A DNA stretch of 64,000 bases from Methanomassiliicoccaceae archaeon (lineage in GTDB: Archaea > Thermoplasmatota > Thermoplasmata > Methanomassiliicoccales > Methanomassiliicoccaceae). The notes beneath the pieces are model-generated. The model saw only the letters and a program-made list of their open reading frames with translations, ran no database searches and was not told the origin of the DNA. The DNA lies in assembly GCA_040776945.1 (NCBI GenBank), contig JAXGZN010000002.1, forward strand, positions 928,001 to 992,000. The letters are read 5' to 3'. Of this stretch, positions 1 to 9,080 are shown in pieces. Numbering within the stretch: position 1 is the stretch's first letter; every line of letters begins with the position of its first letter. Position numbers and translations under genes: made by a program.

Positions 1-2
1 TG

Positions 3-350
3 CTGGAGAGGGCGAAGGCGCACGCCGCCTTCCTGGACGTGAACGTTGCCAAGGTCATCAAGGTGCCGGGGGTCTACGACATGCCCTTGGCCATCAAGAA
101 GCTGTGCGAAGACCCCAGCATCGACGGGGTCGCTACACTGGGATGCGTCATCGAGGGCGAGACCGAGCATGACGATATAGTCATCCAGCATGCCGCCAGA
201 AAGATCATTGACCTCAGCCTGCAGTACGACAAGCCGGTATCCCTTGGCATAACCGGGCCGGGGATGACCCGCCTGCAGGCCGAGGACCGCATCGAGAAAG
301 GGCGGGACGCGGTAGAAGCGGTGGTCAAGCTCCTGAAGAACCTGGAGTGA
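3..350 (+). CDS. ribH: 6,7-dimethyl-8-ribityllumazine synthase (5' end truncated by window)
   Basis: VPGVYDMPL, LGCVIEGETEHD and KPVSLGITGPG match archaeal lumazine synthase; frame is open to the window edge. Confidence 0.85.
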   Translation: MERAKAHAAFLDVNVAKVIKVPGVYDMPLAIKKLCEDPSIDGVATLGCVIEGETEHDDIVIQHAARKIIDLSLQYDKPVSLGITGPGMTRLQAEDRIEKGRDAVEAVVKLLKNLE

Positions 351-407
351 GGCCGCTAAAATAATCTATTTATAATCTGGATTGCCAGGTAGGGTCCGGT
401 GGTTGGT

Positions 408-1295
408 ATGAAGGATAGGACCATCTTCGTCACCGGCGCTACCGGGCGCCAGGGAAGCGCTGCCACCAGGCACCTGCTGGAGGCGGGCTTCAAGGTCAGG
501 GCCCTTACCCGTGATCCTGGGTCCTCGCGCGGGGAGATGCTGAGAGGTCTCGGGGCAGAGCTGGTGGAGGGCGACCTTGATGATCCTGAAGCTGTGCGCA
601 GCGCTCTGCGCGGATGCTATGGGATCTTCGCCGTCCTTACTTGGACCGAGGAGGGCCCGACAGGAGAGACGAGACAGGGACGGACCCTTGCCGACGCGGC
701 CGAGGCCGAGGGCGTTCAGCACTTCCTCTACAGCTCGGTGGGCGGCGCGGACCAAAGGACCGGGATTCCCCATTTCGAGAGCAAGGCCGCTAATGAGCGC
801 TATATGAAAAGGGTCGGACTTCCGCTCAGCGTGCTTAGGCCAGTATACTTTATGGAGAACTTCAACGCGCCGACCGCGCGCCGCATGATATCCGAAGGCA
901 ATCTGGTCATGGCATTGGACCCCGGAAAACGGCTGCAGATGATATCGGTCGAGGACGTCGGGTTTATGGCCGCCATCATCCTGGACAACCCTGAGGATTG
1001 GATAGGGCGAACGATCGAGATCGCCGGTGATTCGCTGACCATGCCTCAGGCGGCGGAGCGGTTCTCTGTTGTTGCCGGCCGGGCGGTGTTCTTCCGCGAG
1101 CGGCCGCTTCAGGACCTTAAGCGCATCGATAACGAGCGCTATCTGATGATGAAGTGGTTGAACGAGCGCGGTTACGATGCCGACATCGAGGCCGTGCGGA
1201 AGATACATCCTTCTCTCATGGACCTAGAGCAATGGCTGTCCAAAGGCTATTGGAGGACCGAGCCGACGAAGGTCGTTCCCATGCGCACGGCCTGA
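408..1295 (+). CDS. NmrA/HSCARG family NAD(P)-binding protein
   Basis: VTGATGRQG Rossmann motif; PHFESK; LRPVYFMEN. Confidence 0.9.
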   Translation: MKDRTIFVTGATGRQGSAATRHLLEAGFKVRALTRDPGSSRGEMLRGLGAELVEGDLDDPEAVRSALRGCYGIFAVLTWTEEGPTGETRQGRTLADAAEAEGVQHFLYSSVGGADQRTGIPHFESKAANERYMKRVGLPLSVLRPVYFMENFNAPTARRMISEGNLVMALDPGKRLQMISVEDVGFMAAIILDNPEDWIGRTIEIAGDSLTMPQAAERFSVVAGRAVFFRERPLQDLKRIDNERYLMMKWLNERGYDADIEAVRKIHPSLMDLEQWLSKGYWRTEPTKVVPMRTA

Positions 1296-1298
1296 GGC

Positions 1299-2498
1299 TC
1301 AGGCCACCTTGTTCATGTAGTCCTCGATGGCGTCAAAGGCCGTTGCCAGCGTCTCCACCGGAGGAAGGAACACCGCCCGAAAGTGCATCTTGCCGTAGAC
1401 CTCGTCGAACCCATGGCCAGGGACCAGGAGCACGTGGCAGTTGTTCAGGATGTCGAGCACGAAGTCCTGGTCGTTGGTCCAGTGCTTCGAATCGATCCGG
1501 GGGAAGATGTAGAACGCGCCCTTGGGGCTTGCGGTCGACAGCCCGGGGATGGAGTTGATCCTCTTCACCGTGTAGTCCCTGCGGACCTTAAGCTTGCTGT
1601 TCATCCTCTCCAGATGGTCCTTGGGACCCTTGAGGGCCTCTATGACCGCCATCTGACATGGGTTGTTGGCACTGATGCGCAGGCGAAGCTGGCGCATCAT
1701 GCCTTCCTTGATCTCCTCCAGCCTCCCGTGGGGATCACGGAAGACCGTATAGCCGAGCCTCCATCCAGGAAGCAGGTCGACCTTGGAGAAGCCGTTGAAC
1801 ATGATGATCGGCACATCCTTGGACAGCGCCGCCGGGGAATGATGCACCCCGTCGAAGGTCATGAGATCGTAGATCTCGTCGGATATGATGAACAGATCAT
1901 GCTCCCCCGCAAGATCGGTTATGTCTTTCAGCACTTTATCGGAGTACAATGCTCCCGTCGGGTTGTTGGGGTTGATCACCACGATGAACTTCGTCTTGGG
2001 AGTGATCTTCTTCCTTATATCGTCCACATCCGGCTGCCAGCCGTTGGACTCGTCCGCTCGGTAGGTCACCGGCGTCCCGCCGAAGAACTTGGTGAACTCG
2101 CTGTATGCTGGGTACCCGGGACCTGGCATTAGCACCTCGTCGCCGATGTCCACCGTCGCAGCGCTGATCATTTGGATGGCCTCGGTGACCCCGTTGGTAA
2201 TGACGCAGTCGTCGATCCCGACGTCCACGTTGTTCTTCTTCTTCTCCTTTCTGAGGATGGCCTCACGCAGTTCGACGTAGCCTTCCGACTCAGCATACCC
2301 GTTGTCGTTTATCTCGACGGCGCGGCACAGAGCGTCGCGCACGTGCTTGGGCGTCTCGAAATCGAACTTGTTGGGGTCCCCGATATGGAGCTTAATGATC
2401 TCCGCGCCGTTCTTCTCCAGCTCCCTGGCTGGCAGAAGGATGTCACGTATGGCGTAGGATACATCCAACGAGCGCTTTGTCGCTTTCATGATGGCCAT
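1299..2498 (-). CDS. Class I/II PLP-dependent aminotransferase (alanine aminotransferase-like)
   Basis: SYAIRD, LHIGDP, INPNNPTG, SDEIY, FSKVDLLPGWRLG. Confidence 0.9.
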   Translation of the reverse strand: MAIMKATKRSLDVSYAIRDILLPARELEKNGAEIIKLHIGDPNKFDFETPKHVRDALCRAVEINDNGYAESEGYVELREAILRKEKKKNNVDVGIDDCVITNGVTEAIQMISAATVDIGDEVLMPGPGYPAYSEFTKFFGGTPVTYRADESNGWQPDVDDIRKKITPKTKFIVVINPNNPTGALYSDKVLKDITDLAGEHDLFIISDEIYDLMTFDGVHHSPAALSKDVPIIMFNGFSKVDLLPGWRLGYTVFRDPHGRLEEIKEGMMRQLRLRISANNPCQMAVIEALKGPKDHLERMNSKLKVRRDYTVKRINSIPGLSTASPKGAFYIFPRIDSKHWTNDQDFVLDILNNCHVLLVPGHGFDEVYGKMHFRAVFLPPVETLATAFDAIEDYMNKVA

Positions 2499-3284
2499 CT
2501 TCTTTTTCCCGCCATGTATTAAGTTTAGGTATAAACTTCCTTCCATCCGCCTTCGCCACTGGTTAGGCGGTTGTTGTTGGTGCCCGGTCATCGTTCGTCG
2601 CTAGGGGACCAATGCCTTCAGTGACCATATGGGCCTATCGGCGGACAATGTCCTATCTAAAGGGCATGAACATGAATCAACGTTACGCAGCCCGGTCCAA
2701 CGTTCCCTGTGGGACCACCATCTCCCGAAGGGTCATGCCGTTTCGATGCCGGGCTCTCCGAGGGACATCAGAGCGGACCAGGGCATGGAGGGGTAGAACG
2801 GGGACCTGTCTGGGACGACCTTGCCCGACAGTGCTCGCCCGGGAACTGGATGCTTGTTTGCCTTCCCATGCCTGTGATGCCTTTCTCAGCAAGCGGTCTT
2901 CGGAGGGTTCCCTCCGGCACGAGCGTGTGATGGCCTCGCTGCTCCCGCCGACCAGCGTCTTGGTCATTATGGGGGCCCCTGAGTTAGGCCCATCCCCCTC
3001 ATGGCCATCTTAGGAACGGGGGGAATGCCCTTTATGGTCCTTCTCTTGAACGATCGCAACGGCATGGGCCGGTGTCCTCGCTGCCGGACGGGGCTTCTTC
3101 CCGTTCGAGCGCATTGTTGGGTTACGATGCGTCCGACACGAGGACATGAAGGAATCTCCAACCAGATAATAATAAGCTTATGGATGGCGCCGTTCCGGGT
3201 CTTGAACCTCGTTCGGCTAAGGAAGGTGCCGCCCTGAGCGGTATTTCGAAAAAGGTTAATTACTTCCATGCCTACACATCGAAC

Positions 3285-5204
3285 GTGTCCCAGGTCCGGC
3301 TTGGAAGGATCCCTCTGAGATGGTGCGATGCTTGCAATCTCCCAATCCTAGACCTGAAGAGGTGCGGGCGCTGCGGCGAGGGGACCCGGCAGATGGAAAT
3401 AACCCCTCCGGGGGACGCTCGCCCGGCCATGGACTACGATGTCGGGCTGGCTCGGGAGATCATTGACCGGCAGTTCGGGTCCGGATGTGGGGAGGCCGTG
3501 CTCAAAGAGGGCCACTTCGTCCTTATGAACAAGGCGCCCGGGCTCGACCGCATGGATGAGGTGATCGTCGACGGCAATGTCGCCGGAACGCTTCGATATG
3601 ACCTCGGCCGAGGGTGGGTGTTCCTGGCCCGGATGCCTGCGGCGAGGGCCATGCAAAGGACCGCTGTCCGCGGGACCATCATGGCCGACGATGGCGCGCT
3701 TAGGCCGATATTGGACGGATCGAACCTGCTCGCTCCCGGCGTTGCCGGCTGCAGCGACGGCATCATGCCGGGGGACGAGGTCATCATCGTTGACAAGCAG
3801 GGAAGAGCTTTCGCCGCAGGATCGTCGAGGATGTCCTCAGCGGAGATGGCGGCCAGGGGCAAGGGAATGGCCGTCAAGGTGCGGTGGCACGAGCCCCCTC
3901 GAGATGATGCCGTCATGAGGGGCAGAGCAGGGTGGCCTGAGGTCTTGGAGGCCAACAGGCCAGAGATGGAGCGAAAGGTCGACGAAGCGGTCAGGTTCAT
4001 GCAGCGCGTTATGCGTGAGCATGATCTGCCGGCGGCGGTCTCCTTCTCCGGAGGGAAGGACTCCCTGGCGACCTTTCTCTTGAGCAAAAGGACAGGGGGA
4101 AAGCTCCCGTTGTTCTACATCGACACCGGCCTGGAGTTCCCGGAAACGGTACGGCATGTACGCGAGGTTGCGGAGCGCCACGGGACCGAACTTATCATGG
4201 AGGAGGCGCCTAGCGAGGCGTTCAGCGAGGGGCTGAAGGTGTTCGGACCTCCTGGAAGGGACTACAGATGGTGCTGCAAGACCAACAAGCTGGGACCGAC
4301 CGTTAGAGCGATCTCCAAGCATTTTCCCAGGGGGGTTCTGTCGTTCATCGGCCAGCGTCGGTATGAGTCCGAATCGCGAGCGTCAAAGCCGAGGGTCTGG
4401 GAGAACCCCTGGACGCCGGGTCAGGTGGGCGCGTCCCCCATCCAGAACTGGACTGCGCTGCATGTCTGGCTCCTGATCATGGGTGATGGGGAGCCGTACA
4501 ACCCTTGGTACGACCGCGGTCTCGACCGCATCGGCTGCTTCATGTGCCCTGCATCGGACCTTGCCGAACTCAGGACCGTCGAGGAATCGTCGGAAGGATA
4601 CCGCGGCTGGTCCGCCATCCTTAGCGAACGGGCCTCTGAGCGCGGCCTTCCTCAGGAATGGATCGATTACGGTCTGTGGCGGTGGAAGGTCGTACCTAAT
4701 TCCATCCGGCAGGAGCTGGAAAGGGCCGGTGTCGAGGTCAGGCCCCAGCAGAACGTGGAGAGGCGAGGCGAAGGGAACCTGAGGCTGGTCCTACAAAAGG
4801 GCGTCTCTCCGTGCATCATGGGTTACTCGATAGAGGGCGCGTTCGATCGCCCTCTTGACCTTAAGCGGGTGGCTAACGTGCTGAACATGGTCGGAGGGAC
4901 GCACATGAACGAGGCGGAGGGCTGGGTCGACGTCGACGGGGTAACCGTCTTTGAGGAAGGTGCGCTCATCGCCAAGGGTCCGAACCCCGATGAACTGAAA
5001 GAAAAAGTAGAAAGGGTGCGGCGAACGGTGGTCAAGGCCGAGGAGTGCGTCGGTTGCGGCGTGTGCACCGGAAGATGCAGCGAGGGTGCACTTAGGCTAG
5101 AGCTCGGAAGGATCCACGTAGAGGTTGGTAAATGCATCCATTGCGGACGCTGCGTGGAGCCGTGTCCGGCCATCACCTTCGGTGACAACGCCTTTGATTT
5201 CTGA
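3285..5204 (+). CDS. PAPS-reductase-family PP-loop protein with N-terminal Zn ribbon, PUA domain and C-terminal 2x[4Fe-4S] ferredoxin
   Basis: CxxC..CxxC N-terminus; PUA-like LLAPGV..GDEV; SGGKDS; WCCKTNK; RIGCFMCP; two C-terminal CxxCxxCxxxC motifs; GTG start inferred. Confidence 0.85.
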   Translation: MSQVRLGRIPLRWCDACNLPILDLKRCGRCGEGTRQMEITPPGDARPAMDYDVGLAREIIDRQFGSGCGEAVLKEGHFVLMNKAPGLDRMDEVIVDGNVAGTLRYDLGRGWVFLARMPAARAMQRTAVRGTIMADDGALRPILDGSNLLAPGVAGCSDGIMPGDEVIIVDKQGRAFAAGSSRMSSAEMAARGKGMAVKVRWHEPPRDDAVMRGRAGWPEVLEANRPEMERKVDEAVRFMQRVMREHDLPAAVSFSGGKDSLATFLLSKRTGGKLPLFYIDTGLEFPETVRHVREVAERHGTELIMEEAPSEAFSEGLKVFGPPGRDYRWCCKTNKLGPTVRAISKHFPRGVLSFIGQRRYESESRASKPRVWENPWTPGQVGASPIQNWTALHVWLLIMGDGEPYNPWYDRGLDRIGCFMCPASDLAELRTVEESSEGYRGWSAILSERASERGLPQEWIDYGLWRWKVVPNSIRQELERAGVEVRPQQNVERRGEGNLRLVLQKGVSPCIMGYSIEGAFDRPLDLKRVANVLNMVGGTHMNEAEGWVDVDGVTVFEEGALIAKGPNPDELKEKVERVRRTVVKAEECVGCGVCTGRCSEGALRLELGRIHVEVGKCIHCGRCVEPCPAITFGDNAFDF

Positions 5205-5262
5205 CCTTCCTAATAAATAGGTGAAGGGAAAGGGTTTCCGGCTTCCTCGATAGCCCCCGCGT

Positions 5263-6492
5263 TCACCGCACGAAGTCTATTCCATCGTCATCAGCGGGCG
5301 CGTGCCTTTGAGGTTGAGGCCTTGCCTGGGACTGACCGCCCAGCTTGGGCTTGGGTATGTCGTTCTCCAGCGCGCCGAGGCGGCTGGTAGGCTGGCCTCC
5401 CTTGCCGTACATGTACTTGGACGAAGCGCCGGTAACGATCAGAAGGATCTTGATGGTGCCCTCGAGCTCGGGGTCGACGGAGCATCCCCAGATGATCCTG
5501 GCGCGTTCATTGACGCTGTTGGTGACGATCTCGGCCGCCCTCTGGGCCTCGCCCACGGACATGTCCGGGCCGCCGACCACGCGGATAAGCGCTCCCTTGG
5601 CCTCCTTCAGGCTTATCTCGCCCAGCAATGGAGATGTGAGCGCTTCATGGACCGCCGCCTTAACGCGGTCGTCCTCCTCGGTGTTGGCCTCTCCAATGCC
5701 GACGAAAGCGACGCCTCCTTCCTTCATGACCGTCTGGATATCAGCATAGTCCAGGTTGACCAAGCCGGGCTTGGTGATGATCTCGGTGAGCCCCTTGATG
5801 GTCTGCATGAGCACCTCGTCCGCTACCTTGAAGGCCGCGTCCACCGGAAGCTTAGGAACGAGTTCCAGAAGCTTGTCGTTGGGGACGACGATGGTGGTAT
5901 CGCAGACAGACCTGAGCTTGTTGAGCCCTATCATGGCGTTCTCCGCCCGTACCGTGCCCTCAGCCTTGAACGGGAAGGTGACCACGCCGATCGTGAGCGC
6001 TCTTATCTGCTCCTTGGCTATGGAAGCGACATAGTGCGCAGAGCCCGTACCGGTGCCGCCGCCCATCCCTGCGGTTACGAAGACGATGTTCGAGCCGGTA
6101 AGGAACTGACGGATGTCGCTGTCGTTCTCCCTAGCAGCGGCCTCGCCGTTCTCCGGGAGCGCTCCTGCGCCCATTCCGCGAGTGGTGCTCTTCCCGATAA
6201 GGATCTTCTTCGGCGCCCGTATGGTCAGAAGGTGCTTGGCATCGGTATTGATGGCACAGACCTGCGCGCCGCTTATGCCTGCATCCACGCAGCGGTTGAT
6301 GGTGTTCGATCCGCCGCCACCGCACCCAATGATCTTGATGCAGACGTCAAGCTTGGCGGCCATCTCCAAGATCTCGCGATCGGCGTCCGATAGCTCCTGC
6401 TGCTGAACAGGCGCAGGAGCCTCTACGGTTTTTGCCGTGAGCTTCTCCTTGTATTCACTGCCCAGTGCGTTCTTTACCAACGAATTTGGCAT
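5263..6492 (-). CDS. ftsZ: Cell division protein FtsZ
   Basis: GCGGGGSN, AINTD, GMGGGTGTG, NLDYAD; archaeal C-terminal GIDFVR. Confidence 0.97.
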   Translation of the reverse strand: MPNSLVKNALGSEYKEKLTAKTVEAPAPVQQQELSDADREILEMAAKLDVCIKIIGCGGGGSNTINRCVDAGISGAQVCAINTDAKHLLTIRAPKKILIGKSTTRGMGAGALPENGEAAARENDSDIRQFLTGSNIVFVTAGMGGGTGTGSAHYVASIAKEQIRALTIGVVTFPFKAEGTVRAENAMIGLNKLRSVCDTTIVVPNDKLLELVPKLPVDAAFKVADEVLMQTIKGLTEIITKPGLVNLDYADIQTVMKEGGVAFVGIGEANTEEDDRVKAAVHEALTSPLLGEISLKEAKGALIRVVGGPDMSVGEAQRAAEIVTNSVNERARIIWGCSVDPELEGTIKILLIVTGASSKYMYGKGGQPTSRLGALENDIPKPKLGGQSQARPQPQRHAPADDDGIDFVR

Positions 6493-6502
6493 TAGTGCAT
6501 CC

Positions 6503-6537
6503 CTCGTCTGACGAGACTGACTCTCTGGCATATAAAT
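6503..6537 (-). promoter_or_regulatory. ftsZ promoter: TATA-like TTTATAT plus 13-bp dyad CTCGTC-N-GACGAG
   Basis: Minus-strand AAAATTTATAT about 40 nt upstream of the ATG; dyad at 6503-6515. Confidence 0.45.
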
Positions 6538-6654
6538 TTTGCTAGTTGCATATGGACAAATTAAAAATTACTGGTCAAATACCTTTAAGCGCCTATCACA
6601 CTGGACGATCAATTGTGTTGAAGGGAAAATGCGTCCGACGTCGGTCCGACGATA

Positions 6655-7779
6655 TCAGCGTCCGATGGTCAGGGCCGGGGCAGGTACAACATGAACACTG
6701 GCCGCTTTCTCAATGTCCTTGAATCCATAGAGATACGCTCCCTCTGCGGTGACCGGTAGGAGCGTTGATGCGAGCAGTATGCACCTAAGATTTATCATGT
6801 ACATCGTGGCGAGTGCCCCAGCATCCCTTTCTACGGCCCTCTTCCTGAGCGCGACCCCATATCCGTGCAGATATCCGTCGATGTACTCGTGAAGAATGAT
6901 GACGGCCTTTGATGGGTCGCCTCCCCTCGCGAGATTGTCGACCGCCCCGGCCACCCCTCGCAGCGTGGATATCTCCTCACGGTCCTGTTCCGAGAGCAGT
7001 CCATCATCCAACTCTGGCCGTGAGCTTATGTTGTCCTTGATCTCCTGGGCAAGAGTCCGCAGGCCTTGGCGAAGCTTCGCTTCCTGGGTCCTTTCCTCGA
7101 TGATGTCCCTGGCCTCATCGAAACTGCGGGCCCTCGTCGCCCTCATGGCCTTGCGAAGAGGTTCTTCCAGCGTGCCGCTGTAGACGCCCATCCTGGAAAG
7201 GTCAGGGGCCATCTTCAGGAGGTCGGACAGATAGTCCTTCAACTGTTCCGAGCTTCGGTACCTGTGCTTGGCTTGGTCAAGACAGAAGCCAATGTCCTTG
7301 ATCGAAGCCATGACCTCTCCGTCCATGAAGGTCTCCTTGGATATCTCGGCCAGAGACACTATGTCCTCCATGGGGATGTCCTTGCGCTGGGACATGGCCA
7401 CGACGAGCATGGTCTGCTCGAACAAGGAAGCGTAAACCACAGCATGCGGACCTACTAGGTCGCCAAGGAAGGTCTGCACCGCCTTGCGGACGTTGCGGCT
7501 GGGATGCACCATCTGTTCCAGAATGGCCGAAAGGGCGTTCCTGTCCTTGGCCAGCTCTGTCAATGTATCCAGTATGGACCTCTTCGCCCGGCCGTTCCTG
7601 CTTTCCAGGTTCCTTAGGAGTAGGACCACCGTCTCCTGGGGCTTGGTCTCTGCCCTTTTCAATAGTTTCCTTCTCACCCTATCAGCGTCCGATCCCTGGT
7701 CGGAAGCAAAGGAGTCGAGCATGCTAGCCTCAAGTCGTTCCTCTTCGTACTTCTTTCCGAAAATACCAATGAACGACAT
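6655..7779 (-). CDS. Hypothetical alpha-helical protein with N-terminal HEAT-like repeats
   Basis: 375-aa ORF with HEAT-like segments (LEQMVHPSRNVRKAVQTFLG). Confidence 0.65.
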   Translation of the reverse strand: MSFIGIFGKKYEEERLEASMLDSFASDQGSDADRVRRKLLKRAETKPQETVVLLLRNLESRNGRAKRSILDTLTELAKDRNALSAILEQMVHPSRNVRKAVQTFLGDLVGPHAVVYASLFEQTMLVVAMSQRKDIPMEDIVSLAEISKETFMDGEVMASIKDIGFCLDQAKHRYRSSEQLKDYLSDLLKMAPDLSRMGVYSGTLEEPLRKAMRATRARSFDEARDIIEERTQEAKLRQGLRTLAQEIKDNISSRPELDDGLLSEQDREEISTLRGVAGAVDNLARGGDPSKAVIILHEYIDGYLHGYGVALRKRAVERDAGALATMYMINLRCILLASTLLPVTAEGAYLYGFKDIEKAASVHVVPAPALTIGR

Positions 7780-8004
7780 CGGCCGCACCGTTGGGCTTTG
7801 GAACGGGACGTGTTGTACAAATAGATTGGCTTCCAGATATTTATTTCTGCAAGACTGCAACGGCCGTGGAAGCGGTCACGCGGGGACGAGATCTAGTTAT
7901 TGGGCCTTCATCCAGTATCGCTGGATGATGCGGTGGGAAATATTTTTATGAAAACCTATATATGGCCGCGGCTCATTAGGCGAAAAATCGGAACGAGGAA
8001 AACC

Positions 8005-8364
8005 ATGAGCGAGCCGTCGCCTGTAAGGAGTGCTTTGGACCAGATCAAGAGCCAGGACCATGTCCTGGACGCTTCACTGGTGTCCCGCGGAGGCATGTAC
8101 ATTATGGGCGGCCCTCTCAAAGGGATCCACCGTGAGACCTTCGCGGCCATGGCCGCCATCATCTTGGGAGCTGCGGAGACCACCTCCACAGAGCTAAAGG
8201 ACAAGCTTTCTCAGGTCACTATAGACCTCACCGAGCAGACGCTCATCCTGATAGGGATCGGCACGAAGTATCTGGTCACCATATTAATGGACCAGGAGGG
8301 CGACAAGGGGAAGGTCGCCGACCTCGCGCGCGAGCTCATGGCGAACGCGGAATCGGTCATCTGA
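8005..8364 (+). CDS. Roadblock/LC7 (MglB-like) domain protein
   Basis: ASLVSRGG..ETFAAMAAIILGAAET pattern; 119 aa. Confidence 0.85.
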   Translation: MSEPSPVRSALDQIKSQDHVLDASLVSRGGMYIMGGPLKGIHRETFAAMAAIILGAAETTSTELKDKLSQVTIDLTEQTLILIGIGTKYLVTILMDQEGDKGKVADLARELMANAESVI

Positions 8365-8420
8365 TCATTGTCCGCCTTGTCCGCCGCTCTCGGCACATCG
8401 GCCTTCTTCGAGATGCTCGA

Positions 8421-9080
8421 TCACATCCGCCTGCATCCGCGGCGGAACCATCTCGCTATGCCGACGGCCCCTGACCAGATCGACCTTGAGGTGCTGTGAC
8501 CAGTACCGAACGCCCGGCACCTCCGTTCCATGATCGCCCTTATAACGTCATCAGAGGAACGGCAACTATCTGGCAGCTCCGTATAGGCCCTCCCGACGGC
8601 GTCCGTTCGATGGGCATCGCTTCCGCCAATGGCAGGAAGGCAAAGCTTCTTGGCCAGGCGTTTGGCCGCCAAGTTGCCAGCTTTCTTGGACCGTCCGTTC
8701 ACGGTCTCTATCGCGTCGAAACCATTTGATCTCACATTGTCCTCGCCCAGGCCTGACCATGCTCTGAACGGATGAGGGGCTATCGCGATCCCTCCGGCAG
8801 CGTGGATGGACTCGATCGTTTCTCGAACGGTCAGGTCTCTGGCCACGGGAGCGGCGATCCCGAGGCCAAGGATGTGTCCGCCGTCCGAGGTGATCTCCAT
8901 GGCCGGCACGATGATGATGTCCGAAGCCAGCGCCGCGGCGGACCTATGGGCCTCGAACACGTTGTGGTCGCATATCGCCACCGCTCCAATGCCCAGCTCC
9001 TTGCACCGGGCCAAGATCTCCTCGACCGTCTGGTGCCCGTCGTCGGAATACGTGGAGTGAACGTGCAGGTCGGCCCTCAT
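8421..9080 (-). CDS. PHP-domain metallophosphoesterase
   Basis: DLHVHS, ICDHN, PHPF, GGSDAH; ATGA overlap with metG stop. Confidence 0.9.
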   Translation of the reverse strand: MRADLHVHSTYSDDGHQTVEEILARCKELGIGAVAICDHNVFEAHRSAAALASDIIIVPAMEITSDGGHILGLGIAAPVARDLTVRETIESIHAAGGIAIAPHPFRAWSGLGEDNVRSNGFDAIETVNGRSKKAGNLAAKRLAKKLCLPAIGGSDAHRTDAVGRAYTELPDSCRSSDDVIRAIMERRCRAFGTGHSTSRSIWSGAVGIARWFRRGCRRM

